A DNA stretch of 64,000 nucleotides, from NCBI GenBank assembly GCA_973851085.1, contig OZ316776.1:12400001-12464000 (forward strand). Direction: 5' to 3'. The translations under genes were made by a program, and so were the position numbers. Source of the DNA: Ptychomitrium polyphyllum (lineage: Eukaryota). Below, in pieces: positions 25,755 through 38,984 of this stretch. The notes under the pieces are model-generated. The model searched no databases and was not told the DNA's origin. It saw nothing but the letters and a program-made list of their open reading frames with translations. The stretch's first letter is position 1; every line of letters starts with the position of its first letter.

Positions 25755-28700
25755 TGTCGCAACCCTTGTAATGCAGCTTAGCTAGCGTCACGCGCGTCAA
25801 CCTTGTACACCCCCACATGCACATGGTTAATCCCATTCTCACTTTCCAAGTCTTTCCACCATTTCTCTTAGGACACCCAATTGTTTGGTAGCCAATGGTT
25901 AGGTGCGAACTTCCATTCATGTCCAAGGCCTCACTTGGTGTTACTCCCATTCTACACGGCCTAACCGCGCTTAGTAGTGTCTCCTCACCACCACTCATGA
26001 TCCCCATGCAATCCTAAGATTACCCCGGGCCATCATGGTGCCGGTGTGAAGACACCACCCCAACTTAATGGTAACAAGTGTATCCTTTTCAATGTGCTAG
26101 TTCCCTCCGAGAAATCGGCCATCCACCGGCTCAAACTGGTGTGGGAGTCCCCGTGGTGAAGCTCCAACACTAGCTCCACTAACCAGAACTCACCCTTGGT
26201 ATCTATCGGGACACTAGGGGAGTGGGCAAGGGGACCGACCTTCCCTTATAGTACTCTCTGTGGGATTTGGCAGGCCCCCTGGCCCTCTGTAGCTGCCTAA
26301 ACCCCGACACACCTAGAGTTTTGGAAGACCACCCGATCTCTCTTGGGACTTAGCCGCTGGAAGCCTCCGGGAACTCCCAGCAGACCTTTAGAGAGCCATA
26401 TCTTCCTCATCCGGTGCCCAAATGTATCAAGCAACCACTTTATTGTCATCTATTCTTTGCGTACATGCCGATAGACTCTAAAAACGTCTGATTTGAGTTA
26501 GTATTTTGGAAGATACGCCTCTTCCAAGGTTCAAGACTCTCAAGGAGTCCCTCCTTGGACTGTTCTAGTCCAGTACAGTCACTGTGTAGGGCTGCCACAG
26601 TCCAGCACAGCCCCTTGGCAACTCCAACTTTGGAATGCCATAACTTTTAGCTCCCTTGTCCAATTTGGGCAATCTTTAGCATTCCATAATCAGCTCTTTG
26701 TGATTCCTCCAATGTTCACGATTCATCCCTCGTGGCCCTCGGTCTACATGGATAAGAATGTTTCTCCCCCTCGGAGTCCTTCCCACGCTAGGCCCACTCG
26801 ATTCCCCTTACTATCGGCACCACAAGTCCCGGACGTCACTCCACGGTCTCCCATTGTGCCTTTAGTGTTGCGGGCACTCCTCAAAGAGAGGTGCGCGATA
26901 CTCACCTCCTTTTTCATGGAGTCGATGCCCTCATCAACTATACTTGTAGTCCGCACACCAATTCCAAGGTTGCCATCCTCTAGTGGTGCAGCATTGTGTT
27001 TCATCCAAGTTGCGACCTCCACAATACACTCATAAGTCTTTGGCAAAGTATCAAAGGTGTCGTTTAGGACGTGGTTTGTTTAGGCACCCTAGACAAAAAT
27101 CTTTGGAGCCCTAAACTACTCTAGACCTATTTACTTTGAGACCCTCTTGGGATACACTCCTTAGTTAGACTACACGGCCCTAACTCCTCCTCTCTGACTA
27201 GGCTAAACCTCAATGCTCCACCAAGTTGTCTTGGTTGCAAATCCAAGGTGGCATTTATTCCACGACTCGATTGCACAGGGATAATGCCAAGTTCCGCCCA
27301 ACCTGGATTCTACTATCTCTATTGAGGCATGGGTTCATGATTCCCATGCACTAACTTTTGTTAGTTTGTGGGAGTGGCGCTTTTATGAGCACGCGCCATT
27401 ACCTTGTCCTTGCCCGAATAAGCCCAAGGCAAGGAGGTTTCATGATTTTAACCATTCCTCCTCCAAGCCTTGGTCCCCATTACTCGGCCTTCCCAACTTG
27501 GTTTCACATGTCTATTCCCCCTCTTCTACCAACATAGCACAAGCACAAGACTAGGACGTCATCTTATACTCTTCTCTTTGCACACACAAAAGTTGAACTT
27601 TATTGCCATAAGTCAAAGGACTAGTACATGATGTGCAGAAGTTACTGCTACAAGCCCCTCTCTCCCTACTAAAAGAGATTGATGTCCTCATCAATGCCAA
27701 CGTTGTCTTTTGTTGGAATTCCTCTCCCTTTCAAAGCATTCCACCACTTCATTGGCATTTCTTAAGTCTTTGGCCGCTACCCAAGTTGCTTTCTACTCAT
27801 GGTACCCTCTCCACTTCACCAAATACACTTTTTCCTATTTTCTTGTGGTGCCTACACTTGAGAATTCCTTCTGCTTTGTATTCTAAGTGGTCGCCCACCA
27901 ATGCCGGCGGTGGCCAAATCACTTGTTTGCGATTGAGCCACACGGTATCTTTTTTGAATGGCTTAAGGAGTGAGACATGAAATATTGGGTGCACTTTGAT
28001 TCCAGGTGGTAGCTCCAACTTGTACACATCTTTGAACATCCGCTCCACAATGGAAAACGGCCTCGCAAATTTGGACATGAACTTTGGAGTGAGGCCTTTG
28101 GGCAAGCTAAAGTTCTTCACATTCAATAATATTTTTTGACCTACTTCATACTCCACTTTACATCTTTCGGCATTGACTTGTTTCTCGTACCGCTTTTGTA
28201 CCTTTTCCAACAAAAGCTTGGTCTTCTCCAACATTTGTTCTCGCTTTTTGGCCAAGTCCTCTCCATCTTGGTTAAACTCTAGTGTTGAATGTGCACCTTC
28301 GAGAGCTAAGTTGGCAGGTTGGAGTGGCTTCACTCCATAGGCCACCTTAAATGGCGCCGAATGGTTGGCCGCATTGTAACTGAACTCTGTTAGGCTCACA
28401 TAATCCACCCAATCGCCCTGGTCCGCACTCACAAAGTTCCTCAAGTATTGGTTCAAGACTCCGTTCACTTGTTCCGTTTGCCCATCCGTTTGAGGATGGA
28501 AGGCAGTGCTAAACATCAAATTTGATTCCAATTTTTCTAAAGAAATGTTTCCAAAAAGCACTAGTGAATTTTGGATCTCGATCCGACACAATCACTCTTG
28601 GCAATCCGTGATGTTTCCACCATGCATCGAGGAATACCTTTGCGGTCTCATGTGCAGTTACGGTTCCTCTAGTTGGCACCATGTGCGCCAACTTGCTAAA

Positions 28701-31700
28701 GCAATCCACCATCACAAAGATGGCATCATGCCCTTGCAATTCTAGAAGACTTGTGATGAAGTCCATGGACACACTATGCCATGGACCTGGCGGAATTGGC
28801 AAAGGTTGTAGTAGACCGGCTTGCTTTTGGTAAGAGGCTCTATTGAGTTGGCACTTCACACAAGTTTTCACAAAGTCGGTGATGTTTGCTTTTATGCCCG
28901 GCCAATAGTACCTTCTAAATACCGCCGCTATGGTGGTTTTTTCTCCTCTGTGGCCGGCTATGGGACTATCATGTTCTTCTTTCAAAACCAACAACCGTAG
29001 TTTTCCTTAAGGCACATACACCCGACTTTGTTTGTACTTGAGTAATCCCTTCTCCAACTTAATTTCCTTAAGTTTCTTATCCTTCTTAAGCTCACCGAGA
29101 AGCCTTTGTGCTTTAGAGTCCTTCATGTATCCCTCTTTTATCTTCCTTTCCAAATTGCCTTCTCCCTTGTACATTATTCGCAGGACTTGGGTTGTACCCA
29201 TCGCTTGCAACTCCTCCCGCCTACTTAGAGCATCCGGCACTATATTGTCACGCCCCGGCTTGTAGATCAAATCCACATTCATGAGTGCCAAGGTGTCATG
29301 CCACCTCATTTGCTTTGCAGTCATTTGTGCCTGCGGCTCAAAGTACTTCAAGGACACGTTGTCCGTATAGACTTTGGTTTTAAGTAGGCCCGAGTAGTGC
29401 CGCCATGTTTTCAAACAATGCACTATAGCAAAGAGTTCTTTCTTGTGCGTGGGCCACCTCTTTTGGCACCCATCCAACTTCTTGCTCTCATAGGCAATTG
29501 GCATGCCTTCTTGCATGAATACTCCGCCAATGGCAAAGTCACTTGCATCCGTGTGGACTTCAAAGGGCTTTTCAAACTCGGAAAACTTCAATACCGGCGG
29601 TTGTGACAACTTATCCTTGAGTTCTTTAAAAGCTTGGTGACAAAATTCTTCCCATACTTGGCTAGCTCCTTTCTTCAACAAGTCAAACAAAGGTCTAGCA
29701 ATTTTGGAGAAGTTGCGTATGAACCTCCTATAATAATTTGCTAGGCTGATAAATGATCTCAGCCCCTTTTGTGTAGAAGGTTGTTTCCACTCTCTAATTG
29801 CCTTTATCTTCCTTATGTCCGGCTTGATTCCATCATCCGTCATTATATGGCCCAAGAATCCAATCTCAAGTTGAGCAAATTCACTCTTTTCTCCGCTGGC
29901 ATAAAGTTTGTGGTCCCTAAGTTTCTGAAGCACTACTTCGAGGTGCCTTGTATGTTCTTCCGCCCACTTGGAATACACCAAGATGTCATCAATGTAGACA
30001 ATGATAAAGTCATCCATTTCTTCTTGAAAGATGGTATTCATGAGGGTCGTGAACGTCGAAGGAGCATTACACATTCCGAATGGCATCACCAAAAACTCAT
30101 AGGACCCATATCTAGTGCGGCATGCGGTCTTTGGCACATCTTCATCCGCAATGCGGATTTGATAGTAGCCCGACTTCAAGTCTATCCGACTAAAGTATTT
30201 AGCTTCCGCCAATCTATCAAAGAAGTCATCAATGCGAGGCAAAGGATAGTTGTTCTTGATGGTGGCTTTATTCAAGGCTTTATAGTCGACACAAATGCAA
30301 AGCTTGCCATCTTTTTTGTCTACAAAGAGGAGTGGTGCTCCATATGGCAACTTACTTGGCCTAATATAGCTTCTTTCCAACAAGTCATTCAATTGCTTCT
30401 TCAACTCCTCTAGCTCTTTTTGGTTCAACCGGTATGGAGCCTTTGAAGGAGGCTCCGTTCCCGGTATCACTTCAATTTTGTGATCCACTTCTCTTCTTGG
30501 CGGTAACTCTACGGGCAGCTCATTGGTGAGCACATCCTTGTAACCACTCAGTACATTTTGAATGCACTTGGAAATATTTCATACCTCCTTGGCACTTGGC
30601 CTACTCCCTTCTTCTTGTTCCATTCACATCACAACCACAAATTGATTATTCTCTAATTGTTCTAAGGAGGCAAAGTTCAACTTTCCTCCAGCAACCATAG
30701 GAGTCCTAGTCAACTTCAATATTGCCTCCTTTACACCATGGCGCACTACTAACCATGCCGGCTTTCACTTCACATCCACCACATGAATTTCAAAAAAAAT
30801 ATCACCTAAAATGAGGTCTACCTTATCCATCTCACATAGTGTAAAACTTTCCTTTAACTCCAATGTCCCACTACTTAAGGCTACATCCAACACCACCTCC
30901 TTTGTCTCGTACGGTTTGCCTTTTGCAAATCGCACGTTGATGGGCTTGGTAGCTTTTTGAGCCGACAAGCCCAACTTCCTTGCTAGCTTGGGACTCATGA
31001 AGGAGTGCATTGTTCCTGTGTCAATCAAACATGAGACATTTTTGCCATTTATTTGAGCCTCAAGGTATAAGAGACTTGACCTTGGCTTAAGGCTACTAGC
31101 CTTGGCCACAAATCCACCTTCTAAAATGTGATCCATTACACAAGTGTAACAAGCATTGGTACTCATCTTTTTATCCGGGCACTTTGCAATGAAGTGACCA
31201 ATCTTGCCACACCCGTGGCAACGCTTGTGCTTCACCTCAGCACTCTTATCTCTCGATTTGAATGGTTTTTTCTCATGATGGTCCACTTTGTTGTATGCCC
31301 TTCCATCTACTTATCCCTTGTGTTTGTTTCCAAAGCCAAATTTCTTGCCTTCTCCGCCGCAAGATACATTTCGGCTCAATTCACTTTGTTAAAAGGGACC
31401 ACTTGATTTTCTTTTGGGACTGTCGGCTTCAATTCTTTCCGCGATCTTAATGATTCCCGCCACGTCTTCCGAAAGCTTTGAGAATTTAAACAAGGCGTCC
31501 ACCACCTACTTTTGAAGCCCATCCAAAAAGATGCATTTCTTTGAAAACTCATCCATTTTGAATGTGGCATTCATTTGGGCATTGAAATCTCGCACATAAG
31601 TCTTGAGCAACCCGGTGTGCCTCATTTGCACCAAGTTCATGCCCTCCCTCAACTCTTGGTATTCCGGAGTGAAGCGTTCACTCAAAATTTTCTTAAAACC

Positions 31701-33507
31701 AACGCAAGACAAAGTCGCCACCAACTCCGGCTCTTGCTCCTTTTTACTTGTCTACCATTGAAGAACATGGTCCTTTAGAAAGGTCACCGCAATTGAAACC
31801 TTGTCCACTTCGTCCCGCTTTTGAACATCATAATAGTTGTCCATTTCCAAAAGAAACTCCTTCACCTTCCTTGCTGTACCTAGCACAGAAAAAGTGCTTG
31901 GCATGTTCATCTTGGCCAACTTCTTGGTTGAAGATGAGGGCCTAGAACCTTGTGCCATCAAGTGCTCAATCAACCTATCTTGACGGGTCCTTTCTTCTTT
32001 GCCATGCTTAAGTTTTTGGTTCACACCGTCCATGAACTCCAGCATTTTCATGCAAAAACTTAAGTCAGGGTCCTGACTTTCTAGACCCTCAGGTGGTTTA
32101 GGATTCCTAGCTTTTGAGTACTCTCCACCTTCCGATGCATTGTCTTGTTGAGTTTCCTCAAATTCCTCGGTGACTTCAATATCACTCTCTTGCTCATTGG
32201 AATCAAAGGATGAAGCTTCATTAATTAGATCGGGGTCTTTATTCACCCTTGTGCGTAATTGTTTAGAGGCGCCGGGCACTCCGCCATCACCGGCCTTCTT
32301 CTTACCCATTGCCTCCTTGCAACGTAGCACTTGGATACTCAAAACCTGCTCTGATATCAAATGTCGCAACCCTTGTAATGCACCTTAACAAACGTCACAC
32401 GCGTCAACCCTATACACCCCGACATGCACATGGTTAACCCCCATTTTTACTCTCCAAGTCCCTCTACCATTTCTCTTCGGACACCCAATTGTTTGGTAGC
32501 CAATGGTTAGGTGCGGACTTCCATTCATGCCCAAGGCCACATTTGGTGTTATTCCCATTTTATACAGCCTAACCGCACTTAGTGGTGTCTCTTCACCACC
32601 ACTCATGATCCCCATGCAATCCTAAGATCACTCCGGGCCATCATGGTGCCGGCGTAAAGACACCACTCCAACTTAGTAGTAACAAGCTTACCCTCTTCAT
32701 CTCACTAGTTCCCTCCGTGAAACCGGCCATCCACCGGCTCACAATGATATGGGAGCCCCCGTGGTGAAGCTCCAACACTAGCTCCACCAACCGGGACTCA
32801 CCCTTGGTTCCTACCGGGACACTAAGGGAGTGGGGAGGGGGACCAGCCCTCCCTTATAGTACTCTCTGTGGAATTGGGCAGGCCCCCTGGCCCTCTGTAG
32901 TTGGCTGAAGTCCGACACACCCAAACTTTTGGAAGACCACCTGATCTCCCTTGGGACTTAGCCGCTAGAAGCCCCGAGAACTCCTTGCGGACCGTTAGGG
33001 AGCCATATCTTTAATGTCCGATGCCTGAATCTTTTGAGCGACCATTCTATTGTCATCTACTCTTTGCGTACATGCCGATAGACTCTTCAAACATCCGTTT
33101 TGAGTTAGTACTTTGAGAGATATGCCTCTCCCAAGGTTCGGAACTCCCGGAGAGTCCCTCCTTGGACTGTTCCAGTCCAATACAGTCACTGTGTAGGGCT
33201 GCCATAGTTCAGAATAGCCCCTTGGCAACTCCAACTTTGGGATGCCATAATTTTTAGTTCCCTTGTCCGATTTGGGCAATCTTTAGCATTCTAAAATCAG
33301 CTCTTTGTGATTCCTCCAATGCCCATGATTCATCCTTCGTGGCCCTTGGTCTACATGGACAAGAATGTTTTTCTCCCTAGGGATCCTTTCCACGCTAGGC
33401 CCACTTGGTTCTTCTCACTATCGGCACCACAAGTCCCGGACGTCACTCCAGGATCCCTCTTTGTGCCCTTAGTGTTGCGGGCATTCTTCAAGAAGAAGTG
33501 CGTGACA
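25755..33507 (-). mobile_element. Full-length but defective family-B chromovirus 'F'
   Basis: LTRs 25755-26900 and 32362-33507; TSD GGTAG/GGTCG; PBS tgatatcagagc (~32348-32359); PPT aaaaggaggtgag (~26901-26913). Gag 31376-32369, knuckle+protease LIDTG 30765-31286, RT/RNase H 29007-30533 (YIDD), integrase 27797-28994 (HHCC, GQTE), chromodomain remnant; several stops and frameshifts. Confidence 0.95.
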
Positions 33508-34194
33508 GGTCGATATTAAGGAGATTTTGAGTGAACGCTTCATTCCAGAATACCAAGAGTTGAGGGAAGGCATGAACTTGGTGCAAATGAAGCACACCAG
33601 GTTTCTCAAGACTTATGTGCAAGATTTCAATGCCTAAATGAATGCCACATTCAAAATGAATGAGTTCTCTAAAAAATGCATCTTTTAAGGTGGGCTTCAA
33701 AAGTGGGTGGTGGATGTCTTGTCCAAGTTGTCAAAGCTTCTAGAGGACATAGCGGGAATCATTAAGATTGCGGAAAGAATTGAATCCGATGGATCCGAAA
33801 AAAATTCAAGTGGCTCTTTTCAACAAAATGGATTGAGTTGAAATGTATTTTGCGGCAAAGAACACAATATTTTTGGTTTTGGAAACAAACACAAGGGACA
33901 AGTAGATGGAGGAGCCTACAACAAAGGAGACCATCATGAGAAAAAACCATTCAAATTAGGAAATAAGGGTGCTGGAGTGAAGCAAAAGCGTTGCCACGGG
34001 TGTGGCAAGATTGGTCACTTCATTTCAAAGTGCCCCGATAAAAAGATGAGTACCAATGTTTGTTACACTTGTATAGTGGATCACATTTTAGAAGGTGGAT
34101 TTGTGGCCAAGGCTAGTAGCCTTAAGCCAAGGTCGAGTCTCTTATACCTTGAGGCCCAAATAAATGGCAAAAATGTCTCATATTTGATTGATAC

Positions 34195-34777
34195 TGTTAA
34201 GAACACAAGAAACAAGGAGCAAAAACGAAGTGTTTCCCAAGATATAGCTTCCAAGGAACTAATGATTAACAAGAACTTTATACAAAGACCAGAACAAGGC
34301 AGGATTCAAGATGATCCACAATTTGTATTGGCAAGACTAAGAAATACCTTGTCTTGCCTCCTATTTATACTATGACGTTTGTATCTCCTAGGATACTTCT
34401 AAAGAAGCTTCCTACAAGGCTTAAGATTGTTCTAGAAGTCTAGGGAACCTTTCCAAGAAATTTTCTAAAATGTTGGAACCTTCCTAAGAAGCTTCCAAGG
34501 AGTTGGAACCTTCTATGGAAGTTTCCTAAGATGTTGGAACTTTCCTTGGAAGCTCCCTAAGGTCGTGGAATCTTCTTAGGAAATTTCCTAAGACGTTACT
34601 TGAGATGATGGAGCCTTCTTAGGAAGTTTCCTAAAGTGGAGGAACTTTCCTAGGAAGCTTCCTAAAAACATAGAAAGGCTATGGAGACATTTAAAAGTAT
34701 TCTAAGAAACTAATATATTATACTAGAAGATTCTAGAATGTTCTAAGGACTATGTTGCATGATCTATGTCTGTGAAA
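34195..34777 (-). mobile_element. Family-A solo LTR inserted at the protease catalytic codons of the family-B copy
   Basis: Homologous to 16071-16505 and 38985-39524; TSD GATAC/GACAC duplicates the D-T codons of LIDTG. Confidence 0.9.
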
Positions 34778-37700
34778 GACACAAGGGCAACACATTCCTT
34801 CATGAATTCCAAGCTAGCAAGGGAGTTGGGCTTGTCAGCTCAGAAAACTAACAAGTCCATCAACGTGCAATTTCTAAAAGGCAAACCGTACAAGACAAAA
34901 GAGGTGGTGTTGAATGTGGCCTTAAGTAGTGGGGTATTGGAGTTGAAGGAAAGTTTTACACTATGTGAGATGGATAAGGTAGACCTCATTTTAGGTGATA
35001 TTTTTTTTGAAATTCATGTGGTGGATGTGAAGTGAAAGCCGGCATGGTTAGTAGTGCGCCATGGTGTAAAGGAGGCAATATTGAAGTTGACTAGGACTCC
35101 TATAGTTGCGGGAGGCAAGTTGAACTTAGTCTCTTTAGAGCAATTAGAGAATAATCAATTTGTGATTGTGATGCGAATGGAGCAAGAAGAAGGAAATAGG
35201 TCAAGTGCCAAAGAGGTTAGAACTATTTCCAAGTACATTCAAAATTTACTAAGTGATTACAAGGATGTGCTCACCAATGAACTGCTCCAAGAATTACCGC
35301 CAAGAAGAGAAGTGGATCACAAAATTGAAGTGATATCAAGAATGGAACCCCCTTTGAAGACTCCATACCGGTTAAACCAAAAAGAGTTAGAAGAATTGAA
35401 GAAGCAATTGAATGATTTGTTGAAAAGATGCTATATTAGGCCAAATAAGTTTCCATATGGAGCACCGATCCTCTTCGTAGACAAGAAAGATGGCAAATTC
35501 TGCATATATGTTGACTATAGAGCCTTGAATAAAGCGACCATCAAGAATAGCTATCTCTTGCCTTGGATTGAAGACCTCTTTAATAGATTGGCAGAAGCTA
35601 AATATTTTAGTCGGATAGACTTGAAGTCGGGCTACTATCAATTCCGCATTGCGGATGAAGATGTGCCAAAGACCGCATACCGCACTAGGTATGGGTCCTA
35701 TGAATTTTTGGTGATGTCATTTGGCTTGTGAATGCTCCTTCAACATTCACAACCCTCATGAATACCATCTTTCGAGAAGAGATGGATGACTTTATCATTG
35801 TCTACATTGATGACATCTTGGTGTATTCCAAGTTGGCGGAAGAACATACAAGGCACCTCAAAGTGGTGCTTCAGAAACATAGGGACCACAAATTTTATGC
35901 CAATAGAGAAAATGTTGCAACCCTTGTAATGCACCTTAACAAACATTACGCAAATCAACCCTGTACAACTCCACATGCATATGATTAACCCCCATTTTCA
36001 CTCTCCAAATCCCAGGCTTGGTTTCCAATTCCCCCTACCATTTTTCTTAGGACATCCAATTGATTCGTAGCCAATGCTTAGGTGCGGACTTCCATTCATG
36101 TCGAAAGCCTCACTTGGTATTACTTCCATTCCACATGGCCTAACCGCATTTAGTGGTGTCTTCTCACCACCACTCATGATCTCCATGTGATCCTAAGATC
36201 ATTCGGTCCACCATAGTGCCGGCATAAAGACACCACTCTAACTTAGTGATAACAAGTATACCTTTTAAATCTTACTAGTTCCTTTCGTGAAACCGGTCAC
36301 CCACCGGTTCACAATGGTGTAGAAGTCCCTGTGGTGAAGCTCCGACATTAATTCCATCCACCGGAACTCACCCTTGGTTCCTACCCGGACACTATAGAAG
36401 TGGGGAAGGAGACCAGCCCTCCCTTATAGTACTATTTGTGGGATTTGGCAGGCCCCCTGGTCCTCTGTAGCTGGCTGAACCTTGACACATCCAAAACTTT
36501 GGAAGATCACCTAATCCCCCTTGGACCTTAGCCGTTGGAAGCCTCCGAAACTTCCTGCGGACCTTCAAGGAGCCATATCTTCCACGTTTGGTCTTCGAAT
36601 CTATCAAGCAACCACTCTATTGTCATTGAATCTTTGCGTAGATGCCGATAGACTCCTCAATTGTTCAATTTGACTTATTATTCTGGGAGATATGCCTCTT
36701 CCAAGGTTTGGTACTCCCGGGGACTTCTTCCCTGCTTTGTTCTAGTCCAGCACAGTCACAGTCTAGGGCTGCCACAGTCTATAACAGCCTTTGGCAGCTC
36801 CAACTTTGGGATGCCATATCTTTTAGCTTTTTTGTCCGATTTGAGCGATCTTTAGCATTCTAGAATCAACTCGTCATGAGTCCTCTAACGCCTATAATTT
36901 CTTCCTTGAGGCCCTCAATCTACATGGGCAAGGATGTTTCTCCCCCTCGGGGTCCTTTCCACGTTAGGTCTATTTAGATCACCTTTCTATCTGCGCCACC
37001 AGTCTCGGACGTTACTTTGGAATCCCATTTGTACCCTTAGTGTTGCGGACACTCTTTAAGGAAAGGTGCGCAAAAATGCTTTAGTAATATGTCTGCTTTG
37101 TTCTTCTCAAAAACATCTTTATAATCTTGATATTGATAAAGTATGCTCTAATTAGTTTTTACAATAGAGCTAAACATTGGCGTGGCATAAATGGCATAGA
37201 TTGGTTTATTTTTTGCTACTCTTTGGAATGCCCTAACTCTTATAAATGATGGTCTAAGATTTCTTGTACTTTGATGTTTTTTCCTTGAGACCGCACTTCG
37301 CAAACGCCAATCATTATTTGAATTATATAATTCAAATCATGGAAGGCCCAAGATAATAGGATTTGTTTGGCATTGAATGATGTTGAAATCAATCTTAGAT
37401 GCTTGGTCTTTTAAAATAATTTCCAAGGGTTGAATTTCTTCAATAACATAATCAAATGCAAGAGATTGCTCATTGATAACTTCAATAGGTATGGAATGTT
37501 TTTTGTTCATAGGCACCATGTGGTGTTTTATTGCAAAATCTTTATTCATGAAGCATGCCGTTGTACCAGTGTCTAAAAGAGCTTCATTAATCACTTCATC
37601 ATTTCAACTATTTAATTTTGATAGATAATGTAAAGCAAGAGTTAGATACTGGAGGTAGTAAAAGACCTTAATTTGATGGTTGTTTCTTTGTGGTATTTAG

Positions 37701-38984
37701 TTGCATGGTCCCTATTATAACTAAACAACCTTGTTTTCCAACTCCACCATTGTACTTTGAGCCTTAAAGGTAGATCCTTTGATTTGGCAATCATGCACTT
37801 TATGTCCAAACTTGCCACAATATAAACATAGGTTTCCACTTCGACGCCTTTATTTTTCTTCTAGAGTCAAACGTCTAAACTGGATAACTTTAATTTGTAT
37901 AGATTCTACTCCTTGTAGTTGACTTTCTGATACTTTTGAAGAAGTGGTTGCCATACTTTGATGTACTGGTCGCCATTCCAAACATTGTTCTTGGTTCTTC
38001 TAAAATAGACTATTGTCACATGCTATTGCTTGAGTAATGAATTTGTCCAACGTTTCAACCTTTGGTATTGTGAGTATCAACTCTTTCACATTTTTTCTCA
38101 AGCCCCATTAGAATTGTGTGACCAAGGCCTTATCAATCCAATCAAGATTGCAAGCTACTTGTCAAAATTCTGCAGCATATGAAGTAGCCAAGTACTATCC
38201 TTGTTGTAGACCTTGAATCTTTGTTTCATCCATATACTCTCAGTCGGTGTCTCCAAAAGTAGATATCAATGCTTCCATGAAAGCATTTAAGTTATTCAAT
38301 AATAGTGACTGCTTCTCTATTAATGATGCAAATCACAATAGTGCGTTGTTTGATAGAAGAATGGCTAGAAATCCCACTTGAGTTGTATCATCAGGATAGC
38401 AACATTGATGCAAATAAAGGAAGAGCCTTACTTATTCAACAAAACCTTTCAATTTTAATCTTGATCCATCAAACTTATTTAGCATGCTAATCTTTGATTA
38501 TGCATGGTTTTGTCATGAGCCTTCTCTTTCAATATTGGTCTCTTGCAATCAAACAACTTCTTGATATAAACTTTAAATATTGCCATTGGATTCTTTAGCT
38601 TGCCAATTTTGTTGCTCTAAATTATTGGTGGTATTGAAGCAAGCGAGTTTTGTTCAAACTATGTTTAAAAACTCTTGAAGTTTGCAATAATTGCAAATCT
38701 ATTTACTGATGTTTCGGGCACATTATCCATTACTTAAGACTGTCAAAGATAAGAAGACTATGAATACCTTCAAAGGAGGTTAATCCACGTTCTTTGAAAA
38801 ATTGATCTTTCTTCAAAAGAAGTAGTAATTGCTTTTAGAAGTAAAAACTAATTTTATGATGTCAGCTTAAAAGAGGGTAATCTACAACCTTTAAGACGCT
38901 TTGGGATCTTAAAAAAAATGAATAATCCACTATCTTCCTCAAGAACCTTAGCTTTGACAAAGTTGAAAATTAATCTTACCATAA

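Larger units (their letters stand above)
25093..35912 (+). mobile_element. Family-B internal region (PBS, gag, protease, 5' part of RT), split by two insertions
   Basis: tRNA-Met-type PBS tggtatcaaagc at ~25095; gag 25085-25754 resumes at 33508; knuckle CHGCGKIGHFISKC; RT 35054-35912 with YIDD. Confidence 0.85.
21139..37074 (-). mobile_element. Family-B element 'X' (rearranged), inserted in family-A pol
   Basis: Reverse LTR part 21139-21644 and reverse LTR 35913-37074 share a subtype-specific extra segment (..aggcttggtttc(t/c)aatt..). TSD AATGC at 21134-21138 and 37075-37079. The host reading (EKNKADILLKH|WLYKCAI) rejoins across the insertion. Confidence 0.8.

Noticed and set aside
18461..36863. 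Recurrent small ORFs (MPKSDKG..., MGIMSGGEE..., MIDSKTK...)
   Set aside because: They lie inside family-B LTR copies; recurrence reflects LTR repetition, not separate genes
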